Source of the DNA: an uncultured bacterium
GTDB taxonomy: Bacteria > Patescibacteriota > Minisyncoccia > Phycocordibacterales > CAIZLB01
DNA: 64,000 nucleotides
Direction of reading: 5' to 3'
Assembly (NCBI GenBank): GCA_903936565.1
Contig: CAIZVZ010000005.1
Location: forward strand, 38,315-102,314
In this document: positions 8,212-18,490 of the stretch, piece after piece
How positions within the stretch are numbered: the stretch's first letter is position 1
Layout of the letters: every line of letters starts with the position of its first letter
The notes under the pieces: model-generated
Databases searched by the model: none
The model's input: the letters and a program-made list of their open reading frames with translations, nothing else
What the model was told of the DNA's origin: nothing
Made by a program: the position numbers and the translations under genes

Positions 8212-10320
8212 CTACTTCCTCAAAACCCTATCCAAACTCATGTCATATTTTGAATCTGACCTTATTTGAGTATTTAAAGAATACCCATTTGCACTAACTA
8301 CAGTATTGGTAAAGCTATCTGTTCCGGCAATCTTCTGTGAATTAACGATAATTGGTGATTGATTAACCTGTGAGAGGCTCGGTAAAAACTCAACCTGATA
8401 AGACATTTCCTTTGGATTAGAAACATATCCGGTTCCTGGGGCAACATCTCCTGCCTTCCATGTAATTGTTCTGTTCGCTGAATCATACAAAACAGTTGAG
8501 CTGGCGGTTGTTGGCGAAACCTTACCCAACCAATTAACATAAATTGGAAGTTTTGCTGTATAGATCAAACCCCTAACACTATTGAATGAATTACTTATTT
8601 TTACATTAACTGTGTATGTTGTTTTATTGTTTGCCTTGGCTGGCATTGGACCAGTGTTTGTAAAAGGACCGTCGTGATAAAGGAGACTGGTCTCCAAACC
8701 AAGATCACTAACGATTCTTATTTTACGAGACGATTGCGATGTAACAACCTCAGCAACCTTATTCTCATTTAACCTGTTTCCCTTGACGGTAAAATTCAAA
8801 GTGATCTCAGGTCGTCTTATGTTTGATGCCAAATCCTTTGTTAAATCAAATACTTTCATATTAAAGTTTGAAGTTCCGCTTTTATTTGGTGCCACATCCT
8901 CCATCTGTGGATCGTTGCTTTTTTCCCAATAAAGCGTATCGTTGTCAGACTTATAAAATCCATTTGGAACCGCTACACTATTTCTATCAACCATAACACC
9001 AGAAAGTTTCCCTTCAATTGAAACATCGTGTATCGAGACGTCTAGATTATTTTTCCATATGATTTCACCCTGCAATAATTGACCACTATTTGCAACAACA
9101 ATCTCGTCTCCGCTACCATTAACCGCAACATCAGCACCCAAGAACGGCGCGCTTAAATTAATTGTATTTATTGCAGAGGCAAAAATTGTATCAATCTCGT
9201 TGGGGTTTTTATTCTGAGCAGTTCCCGCAAAAAATCTAACTGTTCGCTCTTGGTTTACCTGACCAAATATTTTGGCATTAATTTCAATCTTCTTCACCTC
9301 CCCTGGCGCAATGTCCCCTAGTCTCCAATGATCTGTTGCCAAAGAAGGATCTGGATCTGCTGAAACATAATCAAAGCCAAATGGGTATTCCGCACTAAGA
9401 ACAACATCTTTAATAACATCAGCGGAGTTAGATTTTACAGACACTACAAATTTTGTAGATTGTTCTGGAATGATTTCTTTTACAGAGTCTACTGTAATAG
9501 AAACAGGCCCAGCGCCAATACCGATCGGGTAAGTCTTTTGCTTAGCAAATAAACTATTTGTTCCAGGAAGTTTATATTCCAATGAAACACTGATATTCTT
9601 TGTAGAACCCTCCTCACCTAAGATAATAGACTTAACCGATGTTCGTTGAGTTCCCCCAGCCACTATCGTACCCAAGGGGATTCTGTCAGTTATAAGACTT
9701 GTCACCTTATCGTCAGCTCGTCTCGTACCGTCTGGATACGTCATGATTAAATCAACATCTTCCAGCGCATCGGAATTATTATTGAATACATTTACATCAA
9801 GCGATAATTCCTGACCTGCTGAAATTATAATCGGACCGGAAACACTAAGCTCAATGTTGGCGCCTGATATAATGTTTGGGTTTATTGTGAAATAATAATA
9901 AGCAACGGCTGCAGCAATTACCAAGAAGACAACAGAGAAAACCGTTAAGCCTTTCAAGAAAGAGTATATTTTGGACGCGTCACTGTTTTTGTCAGTAGAT
10001 TTTGTTGATCCAGAAGCTGTATTTGCATTATCAACTATGTAGGTAGCAGAAAAAGGATCCTCTTTTTTACCACCTTCCTCAACCACCCTGTCGTTGTCAC
10101 CATCATCCTCATCACCCCAGTTTCTATTTACAGAAACATGATGATCGTGCATTTTGACATGCTTCATCTTTGGCAGGTCACCAGATATAGAATCTAGCTT
10201 CTTTTTTAATTCCGCTATTTTTCCTTCGTCTTTCATGCGATAAATTATATCACCCTTTGGGTAATTAAGTACAATCACCGGGTAATAAACGAACAGGTAA
10301 TTACAGCTGAGTCTCAGCAA
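8212..10320 (-). CDS. Large membrane-anchored surface protein, unknown function (real start probably Met near 10236, MKDEGK…)
   Basis: About 670-700 aa. One TM helix (LTVFSVVFLVIAAAVAYYYF) is followed by a long extracytoplasmic region, rich in T/S/N/V, that looks like repeated beta-sandwich modules. Confidence 0.45.
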   Translation of the reverse strand: MLRLSCNYLFVYYPVIVLNYPKGDIIYRMKDEGKIAELKKKLDSISGDLPKMKHVKMHDHHVSVNRNWGDEDDGDNDRVVEEGGKKEDPFSATYIVDNANTASGSTKSTDKNSDASKIYSFLKGLTVFSVVFLVIAAAVAYYYFTINPNIISGANIELSVSGPIIISAGQELSLDVNVFNNNSDALEDVDLIMTYPDGTRRADDKVTSLITDRIPLGTIVAGGTQRTSVKSIILGEEGSTKNISVSLEYKLPGTNSLFAKQKTYPIGIGAGPVSITVDSVKEIIPEQSTKFVVSVKSNSADVIKDVVLSAEYPFGFDYVSADPDPSLATDHWRLGDIAPGEVKKIEINAKIFGQVNQERTVRFFAGTAQNKNPNEIDTIFASAINTINLSAPFLGADVAVNGSGDEIVVANSGQLLQGEIIWKNNLDVSIHDVSIEGKLSGVMVDRNSVAVPNGFYKSDNDTLYWEKSNDPQMEDVAPNKSGTSNFNMKVFDLTKDLASNIRRPEITLNFTVKGNRLNENKVAEVVTSQSSRKIRIVSDLGLETSLLYHDGPFTNTGPMPAKANNKTTYTVNVKISNSFNSVRGLIYTAKLPIYVNWLGKVSPTTASSTVLYDSANRTITWKAGDVAPGTGYVSNPKEMSYQVEFLPSLSQVNQSPIIVNSQKIAGTDSFTNTVVSANGYSLNTQIRSDSKYDMSLDRVLRK

Positions 10321-10897
10321 GTACTAACGCTGATTCTCTTTTTAACTCTTCAATTAAAACAACCCCCAAGTCTCTGATCTCACTATTCCAAAATGGAGAA
10401 TAAACTATACCCTTCAGCTTTTCACTCGGAGTACCATAACCAAAATGATGAGCAATTCGAAGATAAGCAAGATTTTCGACGGAAATTAAATCGTCATGAT
10501 TCCTAATAAATTTTGTCGTAATTAGTGCTTCGTACATTTTACCAAATTCTTCAAACACCACTTTATTAACCGCCTCTCCAGGGGAAAGTCGTTTAATAAA
10601 GTTCAAAACTCGAGCTAGTGACTGTTTGACTTGTACTGGGATATTTTTATCATAGATATTTGTAATTTTCTCAGCTCCAGTAATTCTCCATATTTCCTTA
10701 CCTCGAACCAATGCAAACTTAGCAAAGGTTAAATCCTGCAAGCTATACCTTAGTTTCGACTGCAATTTACGAACACCCTGTGCTGTGGCAATAATAGTAC
10801 CCAATTCACTCGTTAAGATAGTAAAGGTTTTATTGGATTCTCCTGAATCTCCGCTGTCTATAATATAACCTTCTGTGTGATAAATTCTATATGACAC
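10301..10897 (-). CDS. recO: DNA repair protein RecO (short form)
   Basis: N-terminal OB-fold pattern: YHTEGYIIDSGDSGESNKTFTILTSELGTIIATAQGVRKLQSKLRYSLQDLTF matches RecO (…givL….yGE.d.i….T.e.G.i.aiakGarr.kS…). 198 aa is shorter than canonical RecO. Confidence 0.5.
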   Translation of the reverse strand: MSYRIYHTEGYIIDSGDSGESNKTFTILTSELGTIIATAQGVRKLQSKLRYSLQDLTFAKFALVRGKEIWRITGAEKITNIYDKNIPVQVKQSLARVLNFIKRLSPGEAVNKVVFEEFGKMYEALITTKFIRNHDDLISVENLAYLRIAHHFGYGTPSEKLKGIVYSPFWNSEIRDLGVVLIEELKRESALVLAETQL

Positions 10898-10906
10898 ATT
10901 TATTAT

Positions 10907-13900
10907 TTATTTTACAGGCTTAATGATAAATCTTATTTCTTGATCACCCACAGATACCGCCTCCCCTCCCTCTATATCATCTAGGATTAGACTCTCTGCC
11001 AAGACTGTCTTGGAGATCATCTTAGAATATTTTTCCATCAACATCTTTCCAACATTAGAATCCTCTATTTCCAAAATAATTTTATCCTGTGGAGAAAAAC
11101 CAAACGCCTTTCTAGCCTCCTGAACAGCCCTAATTAGGTCTCTAGACATTCCCTCCTCTTTCAATTCTTCAGTTAGTGCTGTATCGAGAATTATTTCATT
11201 TCCAATGGCAACATTTTTTACATTCAATTCATCCTTTATGATTTCTTCCAATTCCTTATTTAATGGTTTACCCTCCTTGTTATTGTAAATAAACGAAGCC
11301 AATGGTTGTCGAACCTTCAATTGAGACTTGGCACGAAGCGATAGACCGGTTTCAACCAAAGCTCTTGCGGATTCCATGTTTACCAGCAATATTTCTTCTT
11401 TTTCTGATAGAGCCCCCAAATCTGGCCAATCTTCCAGGTGAACACTTAGCATTCCATTCTTTTTATTAGTAGAACTATTAATTTGATCGCAATCGGCTAT
11501 TTTGACCTTCTGATATAAATCCTCTGCTGAAAATGGAACAACTGGTGCAATTATTTTTGACAGATTCAACAAAACGGCACGGAGAGTTGATATTGCAAAA
11601 TTTCTATCCACAATGTTGTCGCCTTTAAATCGATCTCTCGATCTTCTCAAATACCAAGTAGACAAATCGTCAATGAATGACGCAATTGGTCTAACCGCCC
11701 TAGAAACCATATATGCGTCCAAATCTCTAGTCATGTCATAGTTCAACTTTTTCAATCTTGCCCAAATCCATTGGTCTAATACATTTTCTGATTTAAGTAA
11801 ACAGAAACTATGAGCAGAGTCCTCCCCAAACATCTCTGAATACGTTTTGTAGAATGTATAAACGTTATCTAGTCTATTGAATATTTTCTTATTTATCTCG
11901 TCTAGTGATTTTTCAGAGAATGCCACCTCTTCAGCTGTTACCGCAGGAGATGTAACAAGGAAATATCGGAGTGAATCTGCACCATACTTCTCAACTATAC
12001 CCATTAGTTCTGGATAGTTATTCAAACTCTTTGCCATCTTTCTACCGTCTTCTGCTAGAATCAAACCATTTACAGAAACATTCTTAAATGGAGATTTACC
12101 AAACAGACTTACCCCCAAACACAATAATGAATAAAACCAGCCTCTAGTTTGATCTAGCCCTTCAGCAATAAAGTCCGCCGGGAATAACTTACTATCAGGC
12201 TTTTCAAACTCTTCTTTGTTTTCAAATGGATAGTGTTGTGAAGCAAAAGGCATAGCGCCTGAGTCATACCAAACATCAAAGACATCGGGGATTCTTCTCA
12301 TAATCTCTCCATCTTCATTTTTCCAAGTAACGGTGTCGATTAGCGGTCTGTGAATATCTAATTCAAAGTTTTCAGTATGTGGCCATTGCACAAAATCAAT
12401 ATAGTGAAGTGAGCCGTTTGGATCTGATACATCACTCCATCCACTTCTAACCATATCTCGTGTTGTTCTTCCGTTGGCAACCTCCCTCATCATCCTAAGT
12501 GGTAATCCGTGAGTAATAATCAAAATATTTTCATCCTTATTTTCCGAATCTATTGAGTAAAGCGCTCCCGCAACACGCTTCTTCACATCAAAAGCCGACT
12601 CACCGTCTTTTGGAGCAGAAAAAACTCTATCTTCCTCATTTTTAAACATTCTTGGTCTCTCTTCCCATGAACCACCCTCCAACACACCCCCGTCACACTC
12701 TCTAAGACGAGGATCATAAATTATTTTTGACTCATCAAGACCAAGGGCTTCTGCAACAATTTTTGTTGACTCTTTAGTCCTTCTGAAATCAGAAGCGTAG
12801 ATTTTTGTAACTGGACGATTAGCATCACCACCACCCAACACACCGCCAGCTTTTAGTTTTTTAGCAGACTCCATTATTTGAGATGCTCCCTTTTCAGTTA
12901 ACCCATATAGATTTAGATCGTGTGAATTTACAACCCCCCTCACATTTGACTCGGATTCCCCGTGTCGCATCAAGACATATTTATTATTATTTGAGCTTTG
13001 TCTAATTTTTTCTTTTAAATCAGAAAATGATCCAATTATTTCCGTTTTACCACTTTCAGATTTCCACATTGGAACAGGCGCTCCCCAATATCTAGTTCTT
13101 GAAATTGCCCAGTCTCTTATGTTTTCCAACCACTCCCCAAAACGGCCAGAGCCAATTTCTTTTGGCACCCAGTTTATTTTATTATTTTCTGCAATCAATT
13201 CATTTTTCAAAGATGTAGTCCTTACAAACAAACTTGTTGTTGCAAAGTTTATAAGTGGAGTCTCACATCTCCAACAGTGAGGATATGAGTGAATCATTTT
13301 TTCCTTTGCAAGAAGAACGCCTTTACCTGCCAAGATTTTTATTATTTCAACATCCGCACTTTGATGATCTTCTTTTGGTTTTGCTGGTTTACCCATCATT
13401 TCTGTTATCAAGTCGATAAAACAACCGTCAAAACCGACATGTTTAATAACAGGAAGATTATTAGCCTTAGATAACTTCATGTCATCATCTCCATAGGCTG
13501 GAGCAATATGAACAATTCCCGTTCCGTCCTCAGCGGTAACAAAAGCAGCGTCGCAAACCTTCCAAATATTTTGTCTATTCTTTTCAGATGTTTCCAATGT
13601 TCCCTCTTTTTTGTAATAGTCAAAAACTGGCTCGTATGAAATGCCAACCAAATCTTTTCCAGATAATGGCTTATTAGGATCTATTAATGGAAGCACTGCG
13701 CAATCCTCCGAAACTACCTTTTTGGTTTTCAATGTTTCAAAAAGACTTTCTGCAAAGATATAATTTTCTACTCCAACTGAAACGCAAACATAATTCAATT
13801 CTGGGTTCACTGCAAGCGCCACGTTTCCAGGAAGTGTCCATGGAGTTGTCGTCCAAGCTACAAATGATGTTTTTACAGACGCGTCGATATTATAAAAAGA

Positions 13901-14635
13901 TTTAACCTGCCCTAGCGACTCATTTTTAATTTCAAATTTAACAAAAACTGAAATGTCGGCAATGTCCTTATAGCCCTGTGCTACCTCAAAGTTTGAAAGC
14001 GGAGTTCCACAGCGAGGACAAATTTGCATCACCTTGTAATCTTCGAATACCAAACCCTTTTTATCAAGCTCCTTAAATGACCACCAAACAGACTCGGTAT
14101 AACTTGAATCCATTGTTCTATAATCATTATCCATATCCGACCATCTACCAATTCGTTGTATTCTATTTTTCCACTCATCAGCATAAGTCAAAACACTTTC
14201 CCTTGCTGCACTGTTAAATTTATCAATACCGTATTCCTCAATAGCTTTTTTATCCTTTAATCCAAGTTTTTTCTCTATTAAGTTCTCGATAGGTAGACCG
14301 TGACAGTCCCAACCCCACTTTCTATCAACATGAAATCCGCGCATGGTTTTATACCTCGGAATCAAGTCCTTTAGAGAGTTTGGCAGGATATGTCCAAAGT
14401 GAGGAAGGCCGGTTGCGTAAGGAGGACCATCGTAGAATACGAAGTTACCAAGCGGTGATTCCTTTTTAAGAGTTTGTTCAAAAATATGATTCTCATTCCA
14501 GAAAGCAAGTACGGCATTTTCTTTTGTTGAAATTGCACTAACCGCACCCTCAACCTGTGTACCCTGCACATTTTGTGCCGCGGGAACCTTCCCATGCCCT
14601 TTATCTTCAGGCATTTTATTATTTAAATCGTTCAT
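10907..14635 (-). CDS. ileS: Isoleucine--tRNA ligase, type 2 (eukaryote-like), carrying an inserted histidine-phosphatase-like domain
   Basis: FYDGPPYATGLPHFGHIL (HIGH region), TTTPWTLPGN (CP1 editing) and KMAKSLNNYP (KMSKS). 1242 aa. Confidence 0.9.
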   Translation of the reverse strand: MNDLNNKMPEDKGHGKVPAAQNVQGTQVEGAVSAISTKENAVLAFWNENHIFEQTLKKESPLGNFVFYDGPPYATGLPHFGHILPNSLKDLIPRYKTMRGFHVDRKWGWDCHGLPIENLIEKKLGLKDKKAIEEYGIDKFNSAARESVLTYADEWKNRIQRIGRWSDMDNDYRTMDSSYTESVWWSFKELDKKGLVFEDYKVMQICPRCGTPLSNFEVAQGYKDIADISVFVKFEIKNESLGQVKSFYNIDASVKTSFVAWTTTPWTLPGNVALAVNPELNYVCVSVGVENYIFAESLFETLKTKKVVSEDCAVLPLIDPNKPLSGKDLVGISYEPVFDYYKKEGTLETSEKNRQNIWKVCDAAFVTAEDGTGIVHIAPAYGDDDMKLSKANNLPVIKHVGFDGCFIDLITEMMGKPAKPKEDHQSADVEIIKILAGKGVLLAKEKMIHSYPHCWRCETPLINFATTSLFVRTTSLKNELIAENNKINWVPKEIGSGRFGEWLENIRDWAISRTRYWGAPVPMWKSESGKTEIIGSFSDLKEKIRQSSNNNKYVLMRHGESESNVRGVVNSHDLNLYGLTEKGASQIMESAKKLKAGGVLGGGDANRPVTKIYASDFRRTKESTKIVAEALGLDESKIIYDPRLRECDGGVLEGGSWEERPRMFKNEEDRVFSAPKDGESAFDVKKRVAGALYSIDSENKDENILIITHGLPLRMMREVANGRTTRDMVRSGWSDVSDPNGSLHYIDFVQWPHTENFELDIHRPLIDTVTWKNEDGEIMRRIPDVFDVWYDSGAMPFASQHYPFENKEEFEKPDSKLFPADFIAEGLDQTRGWFYSLLCLGVSLFGKSPFKNVSVNGLILAEDGRKMAKSLNNYPELMGIVEKYGADSLRYFLVTSPAVTAEEVAFSEKSLDEINKKIFNRLDNVYTFYKTYSEMFGEDSAHSFCLLKSENVLDQWIWARLKKLNYDMTRDLDAYMVSRAVRPIASFIDDLSTWYLRRSRDRFKGDNIVDRNFAISTLRAVLLNLSKIIAPVVPFSAEDLYQKVKIADCDQINSSTNKKNGMLSVHLEDWPDLGALSEKEEILLVNMESARALVETGLSLRAKSQLKVRQPLASFIYNNKEGKPLNKELEEIIKDELNVKNVAIGNEIILDTALTEELKEEGMSRDLIRAVQEARKAFGFSPQDKIILEIEDSNVGKMLMEKYSKMISKTVLAESLILDDIEGGEAVSVGDQEIRFIIKPVK

Positions 14636-14706
14636 GAAAATATACTAGCACAAAATTGCAGTTTTGGTAGTTTTCAGATAAATTACCAGACAATCATCAA
14701 AGACTA

Positions 14707-16506
14707 TTACATCCTACTTGGGACTTTGATTCCCAAAACATTCAAACCGTTGGTTAGAACGGTTAATACAGCCTTAGTTAACAGCACCTTATATGGAGTC
14801 AGAACATCTCCCTCAACTACAATTTGAGTGTTCGCATAAAAAGAATTAAATTCGGATGCAACATCCAAAAGGTACTGCCCAACATAGTGAGGTGCATGTT
14901 CTGTCTCAGCTCTCAGGAGGACCTCAGGGAATCTAACGAGCATCTTCTCTAATTTACCTCCCGCCCAATCTAGTTGACATATTTTTGGACTATTTGAATT
15001 ATTCAAATCTTCTAGATTAATATTCTCCACAATAGTTGAAACACCCTGCTTCTGCGCTTTTTCTAATATCGATTTAGCACGTACACAAGAATATTGTAGA
15101 TATGGGCCAGAGTCTCCTTCAAATGACAGTGATTTTTGTGGATCAAATATTATATCCTTCCCGATTGTTTGTCTAAGTATCGTGTATTTAATTGCGGCAA
15201 CAGCGATTTGCTCCGCTATTTCCTTCCTTTCTTCCTCCTCAATCTCACGATCCTTCATTTTTTCAAGCGCCATCTCAGTCATGTCATGCAACATTGATTC
15301 CCCCGTAATCACATCTCCAGTTCTTGAAGACATCTTTCCCGTAGTTAGACGAAGCATCCCATGTGAGAGTAGAAAATTCTTCTTTTCAATTTCTGGATAT
15401 ATTTGTTCAATTGCCTTATAAGATACAGCCAAGACATTATCTTGTTCATTGGCAGTAATTGTATAGGAAATATCATACGGATCCTTATTGTATTTTAGAA
15501 GTGCCAGACCAATTTCCTTTGCTTCGTAAGTTGGTAGCCCAAATTTATTTATAAAGACACGAGTATTTAGTCCGTAGTTTTCACCCTTAAAGATAACGGC
15601 CCCCTCACTCTCTTCAAAAATTCCGTTCTTTAATCCTTTCTGAACTTCCCCCAATCCCACCACAGAGCTATCGCTCTCAAAGAAGTACTCGTTGAATTTA
15701 GTTCCAAGTACCTTATAAATTTCCTCGAAGTGTTCCATGCTCCACTTCTTCCCTAAGTCATAAAGTGCATTCAATTCCGAATCAGATTTATCGTAAATCT
15801 TTTTATTTATTTCTTGGACAATAGATTCATCCTCCGAGTGATCCTTGAAATGAGTTGCACCCTTGGCGTATATTTTACCCAAAAAAGCAACCTTGTCGCT
15901 AAGCGGCATTGAATCACTTGGCCACTCCACCCCTTCTTCATTTTTCAGCAGATCAAAGCCATAGAAGGTAAAAGCAACATGTCTACCAACATCACCTTGA
16001 TAACAATATCGTTTAACATTTCCCCCAGACCATTCCCCAAGTCTTGCTAACGACTCTCCGATAGCGTTGGACATAAGGTGACCAATATGAAATTGTTTAA
16101 ATGGATTTGGATCTGTATACTCGTAAATCATTTTCTTACCAGCATGCAAGTTGGATTTTCCATAATTATCTCCCCCATTTGTTTTGTCTAATATTTCCTT
16201 CATCAATTCAAAACCAACGACCTCCGTCAGATAGAAATTAATAAATCCAGGACCTGCCACATCAACCTTTTTAACCCCGCTCAACGAACCCTCAGAAACT
16301 GCACTTTGTAGCTTTTCTGAAATCTGTTTTGCCAACTCCACAGGCTTAACCCCAAGTTTTGGTGCTAATATCATAGCCACGTTCGTGGAATAGTCCCCAT
16401 GAGATAAATCCCCCGGTCTATCCAATAAATTCTTTCCAGACAAAAAATCCAAAAGATTTACATCTTCCACCGACTTTAGTATTGCTTCAGTTATAGCTTT
16501 ATTCAT
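14707..16506 (-). CDS. argS: Arginine--tRNA ligase (likely start MNKAITEA…; the ORF-track start at 16545 is an alternative start codon)
   Basis: N-terminal Arg-tRNA-synthetase add-1 domain, FHIGHLMSNAIGESL (HIGH), and KMSSRTG in place of KMSKS, typical for ArgRS. C-terminal anticodon-binding (DALR) region. Confidence 0.85.
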   Translation of the reverse strand: MNKAITEAILKSVEDVNLLDFLSGKNLLDRPGDLSHGDYSTNVAMILAPKLGVKPVELAKQISEKLQSAVSEGSLSGVKKVDVAGPGFINFYLTEVVGFELMKEILDKTNGGDNYGKSNLHAGKKMIYEYTDPNPFKQFHIGHLMSNAIGESLARLGEWSGGNVKRYCYQGDVGRHVAFTFYGFDLLKNEEGVEWPSDSMPLSDKVAFLGKIYAKGATHFKDHSEDESIVQEINKKIYDKSDSELNALYDLGKKWSMEHFEEIYKVLGTKFNEYFFESDSSVVGLGEVQKGLKNGIFEESEGAVIFKGENYGLNTRVFINKFGLPTYEAKEIGLALLKYNKDPYDISYTITANEQDNVLAVSYKAIEQIYPEIEKKNFLLSHGMLRLTTGKMSSRTGDVITGESMLHDMTEMALEKMKDREIEEEERKEIAEQIAVAAIKYTILRQTIGKDIIFDPQKSLSFEGDSGPYLQYSCVRAKSILEKAQKQGVSTIVENINLEDLNNSNSPKICQLDWAGGKLEKMLVRFPEVLLRAETEHAPHYVGQYLLDVASEFNSFYANTQIVVEGDVLTPYKVLLTKAVLTVLTNGLNVLGIKVPSRM

Positions 16507-16618
16507 ATTTGCTATATTATCACGCAATAAAATAATCACAAACAAAACCTCACGGTTTATCCATGAGGTTTTGTTACGAGACCTTTGCGGGTCCTAATCC
16601 ATTATCAGAATGAGTATA

Positions 16619-17044
16619 TTACGCTACAACGTCGATTCCAAGTGAAGCACATGTTCCTTCTATCATCTTCATTGCCCCCTCTATATCCTTTGAGTTCAGG
16701 TCAGGCATCTTTCTCTCAGCGATCGCCTTAACTTGAGCCTTTGTAATCTTTCCAACTTTCTTTGTGTTTGGATGACCTGATCCCTTCTCAACTCCAATTG
16801 CCTTTAATACAAGAGAAGCTGCGGGAGGAGTCTTAAGAACAAAATCAAAAGTTCTGTCCTCAAAGACTGAGATAACTACAGGCACAATGTCACCTGCCAT
16901 AGAAGCTGTCGCATCGTTGAATCTCTTTACGAATTCACCAATGTTAACACCAGCTTGACCAAGTGCAGGACCTACTGGTGGAGCAGGATTTGCCTTTCCA
17001 GCAGGAATTTGTAATTTTAATGATTTGATTATTTTTTTTGCCAT
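16619..17044 (-). CDS. rplK: 50S ribosomal protein L11
   Basis: [43 protein letters not shown]… is near-identical to the L11 consensus. Confidence 0.9.
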   Translation of the reverse strand: MAKKIIKSLKLQIPAGKANPAPPVGPALGQAGVNIGEFVKRFNDATASMAGDIVPVVISVFEDRTFDFVLKTPPAASLVLKAIGVEKGSGHPNTKKVGKITKAQVKAIAERKMPDLNSKDIEGAMKMIEGTCASLGIDVVA

Positions 17045-17132
17045 AAATATATATTAATTGTTTTTCTTTATTTATGGCCACAATCCGCGAGAGAAGCGCA
17101 GGCGTATCTGGCCAAAGTTCTTATAAAATACC

Positions 17133-17675
17133 TTAAATTGTCTTAACTTGCAAGAAGTCCAGCTCAACAGGTGTCTCACGACCGAACATTGATACAAGGA
17201 CCCTAACCTTTCCCCTGTCTGTATCAACCTCTGAAACCTTACCTTCTAGGTCCTTAAATGGGCCGTCGGCCACCTTAACGAGGTCTCCGATGTTTAGATT
17301 AATGGTGTGTTTTATGTTATCACTAGACATTCTTCTGAATAATTCTTCAACCTCCTTCTTTTCAAGAGGAACAGGAGTTGTACCAGAACCAACGAATCCA
17401 GTAACTCTAGGGGTATTTCTAACCATATACCATGTATCATCGTTCACAATCATATCAACCAAGATATATCCTGGGTAGATTTTTTCATCCTCCTCTATTC
17501 TCTTACTTCCCTTTATTTTAATCTTCTTTTCTGTTGGAACAATTACATTGAATATACGATCATCCATACACAATGACTCAATACGCTGCTTAAGATTTCT
17601 CATAACAGCATTCTCATATCCAGCGTATGTGTGAATTGCATACCAATTCCTCTCTCCTTGCTCTTGTTTTGACAT
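17133..17675 (-). CDS. nusG: Transcription termination/antitermination factor NusG
   Basis: NGN domain (WYAIHTYAGYENAV…) and C-terminal KOW (GDLVKVADGPFKDLEGKVSEVD). Lies between secE and rplK. Confidence 0.9.
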   Translation of the reverse strand: MSKQEQGERNWYAIHTYAGYENAVMRNLKQRIESLCMDDRIFNVIVPTEKKIKIKGSKRIEEDEKIYPGYILVDMIVNDDTWYMVRNTPRVTGFVGSGTTPVPLEKKEVEELFRRMSSDNIKHTINLNIGDLVKVADGPFKDLEGKVSEVDTDRGKVRVLVSMFGRETPVELDFLQVKTI

Positions 17676-17695
17676 GGTTATTTAAAAATTAGCTT

Positions 17696-17884
17696 TTAAA
17701 ATGAACGTAATATTAGGCTCTTGAACAAGCCTGTAAAAATGGTATCAAGACCAGAAACGTACAAAGCTACAATCAACGAAACAGCAATAACTAGTGCTGT
17801 ATAGACAATAGTCTGCTTTCTTGTTGGCCAACTTACGTGTTTCATTTCTGATGTTGTCTCACTTATATATTGTTTTATTGACAT
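17696..17884 (-). CDS. secE: Preprotein translocase subunit SecE
   Basis: 62 aa with a single C-terminal TM helix, positioned directly upstream of nusG. Confidence 0.7.
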   Translation of the reverse strand: MSIKQYISETTSEMKHVSWPTRKQTIVYTALVIAVSLIVALYVSGLDTIFTGLFKSLILRSF

Positions 17885-18119
17885 ATATTTTGGTATTTTA
17901 AAACACCCTTTCGGGCGCTCTAGATGTTATTTTAACGTATGGAAGTATATAGCGTCAAACGCAAAATGTCAATATTTTGACTTTCTTACTGGATATTACA
18001 TACTATTACATAGATTTGGTTCATTATTTGCTTTACTGCATTAATCAACCCCCTACCTACCCATCGGGTTTGAAACATTAGGAGATTGAAAGTGCAGTCA
18101 ACCAAAAACATCAGCAAAA

Positions 18120-18347
18120 ATGCAAACAACGTTAGAATCTTTTAATAATTATGTCATAGCAAACCAGATGATGGCATCGATCTACTTTGCTTGTGGATGG
18201 CTTCTGTGGGGATTCATCATGTTTTTCGTCTACCATCTCTGGAACAATTTTCAGGAATGGCAGTCAAAAAGCTTTGGATACCTAACTCTTGAATTCTTCG
18301 TATTCGGAGGGATGGGGCCAATCAGCACGGCAACCCTCGTTCAATAG
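18120..18347 (+). CDS. Small hydrophobic membrane protein, unknown function
   Basis: 75 aa, two predicted TM helices. Followed by a strong intrinsic terminator. Confidence 0.35.
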   Translation: MQTTLESFNNYVIANQMMASIYFACGWLLWGFIMFFVYHLWNNFQEWQSKSFGYLTLEFFVFGGMGPISTATLVQ

Positions 18348-18379
18348 AGCAACATCGCACAATTCCTGGTACAACACCC

Positions 18380-18416
18380 AGCCCCGCCGTTAACCAACGG
18401 CGGGGCTCCCCTTTTC
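18380..18416 (+). terminator. Intrinsic terminator
   Basis: AGCCCCGCCGTtaaccaACGGCGGGGCT followed by cccctttt. Confidence 0.6.
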
Positions 18417-18422
18417 ATAATT

Positions 18423-18453
18423 AAACAAAAAGGGCCCTTTTACTAAGGCCCTT
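18423..18453 (-). terminator. Intrinsic terminator for the minus-strand SIMPL gene
   Basis: AAGGGCC-cttttactaa-GGCCCTT perfect 7-bp inverted repeat, with a T-run on the minus strand. Confidence 0.5.
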
Positions 18454-18490
18454 GAAGTATTGAAATCCCACCAACTGAGAATGGGGTAAT

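Noticed and set aside
17885-18119. Expected rpmG (L33) and tRNA-Trp upstream of secE
   Set aside because: I scanned both strands and found no cloverleaf-like sequence or L33-like small ORF. The region appears to be plain AT-rich promoter DNA.
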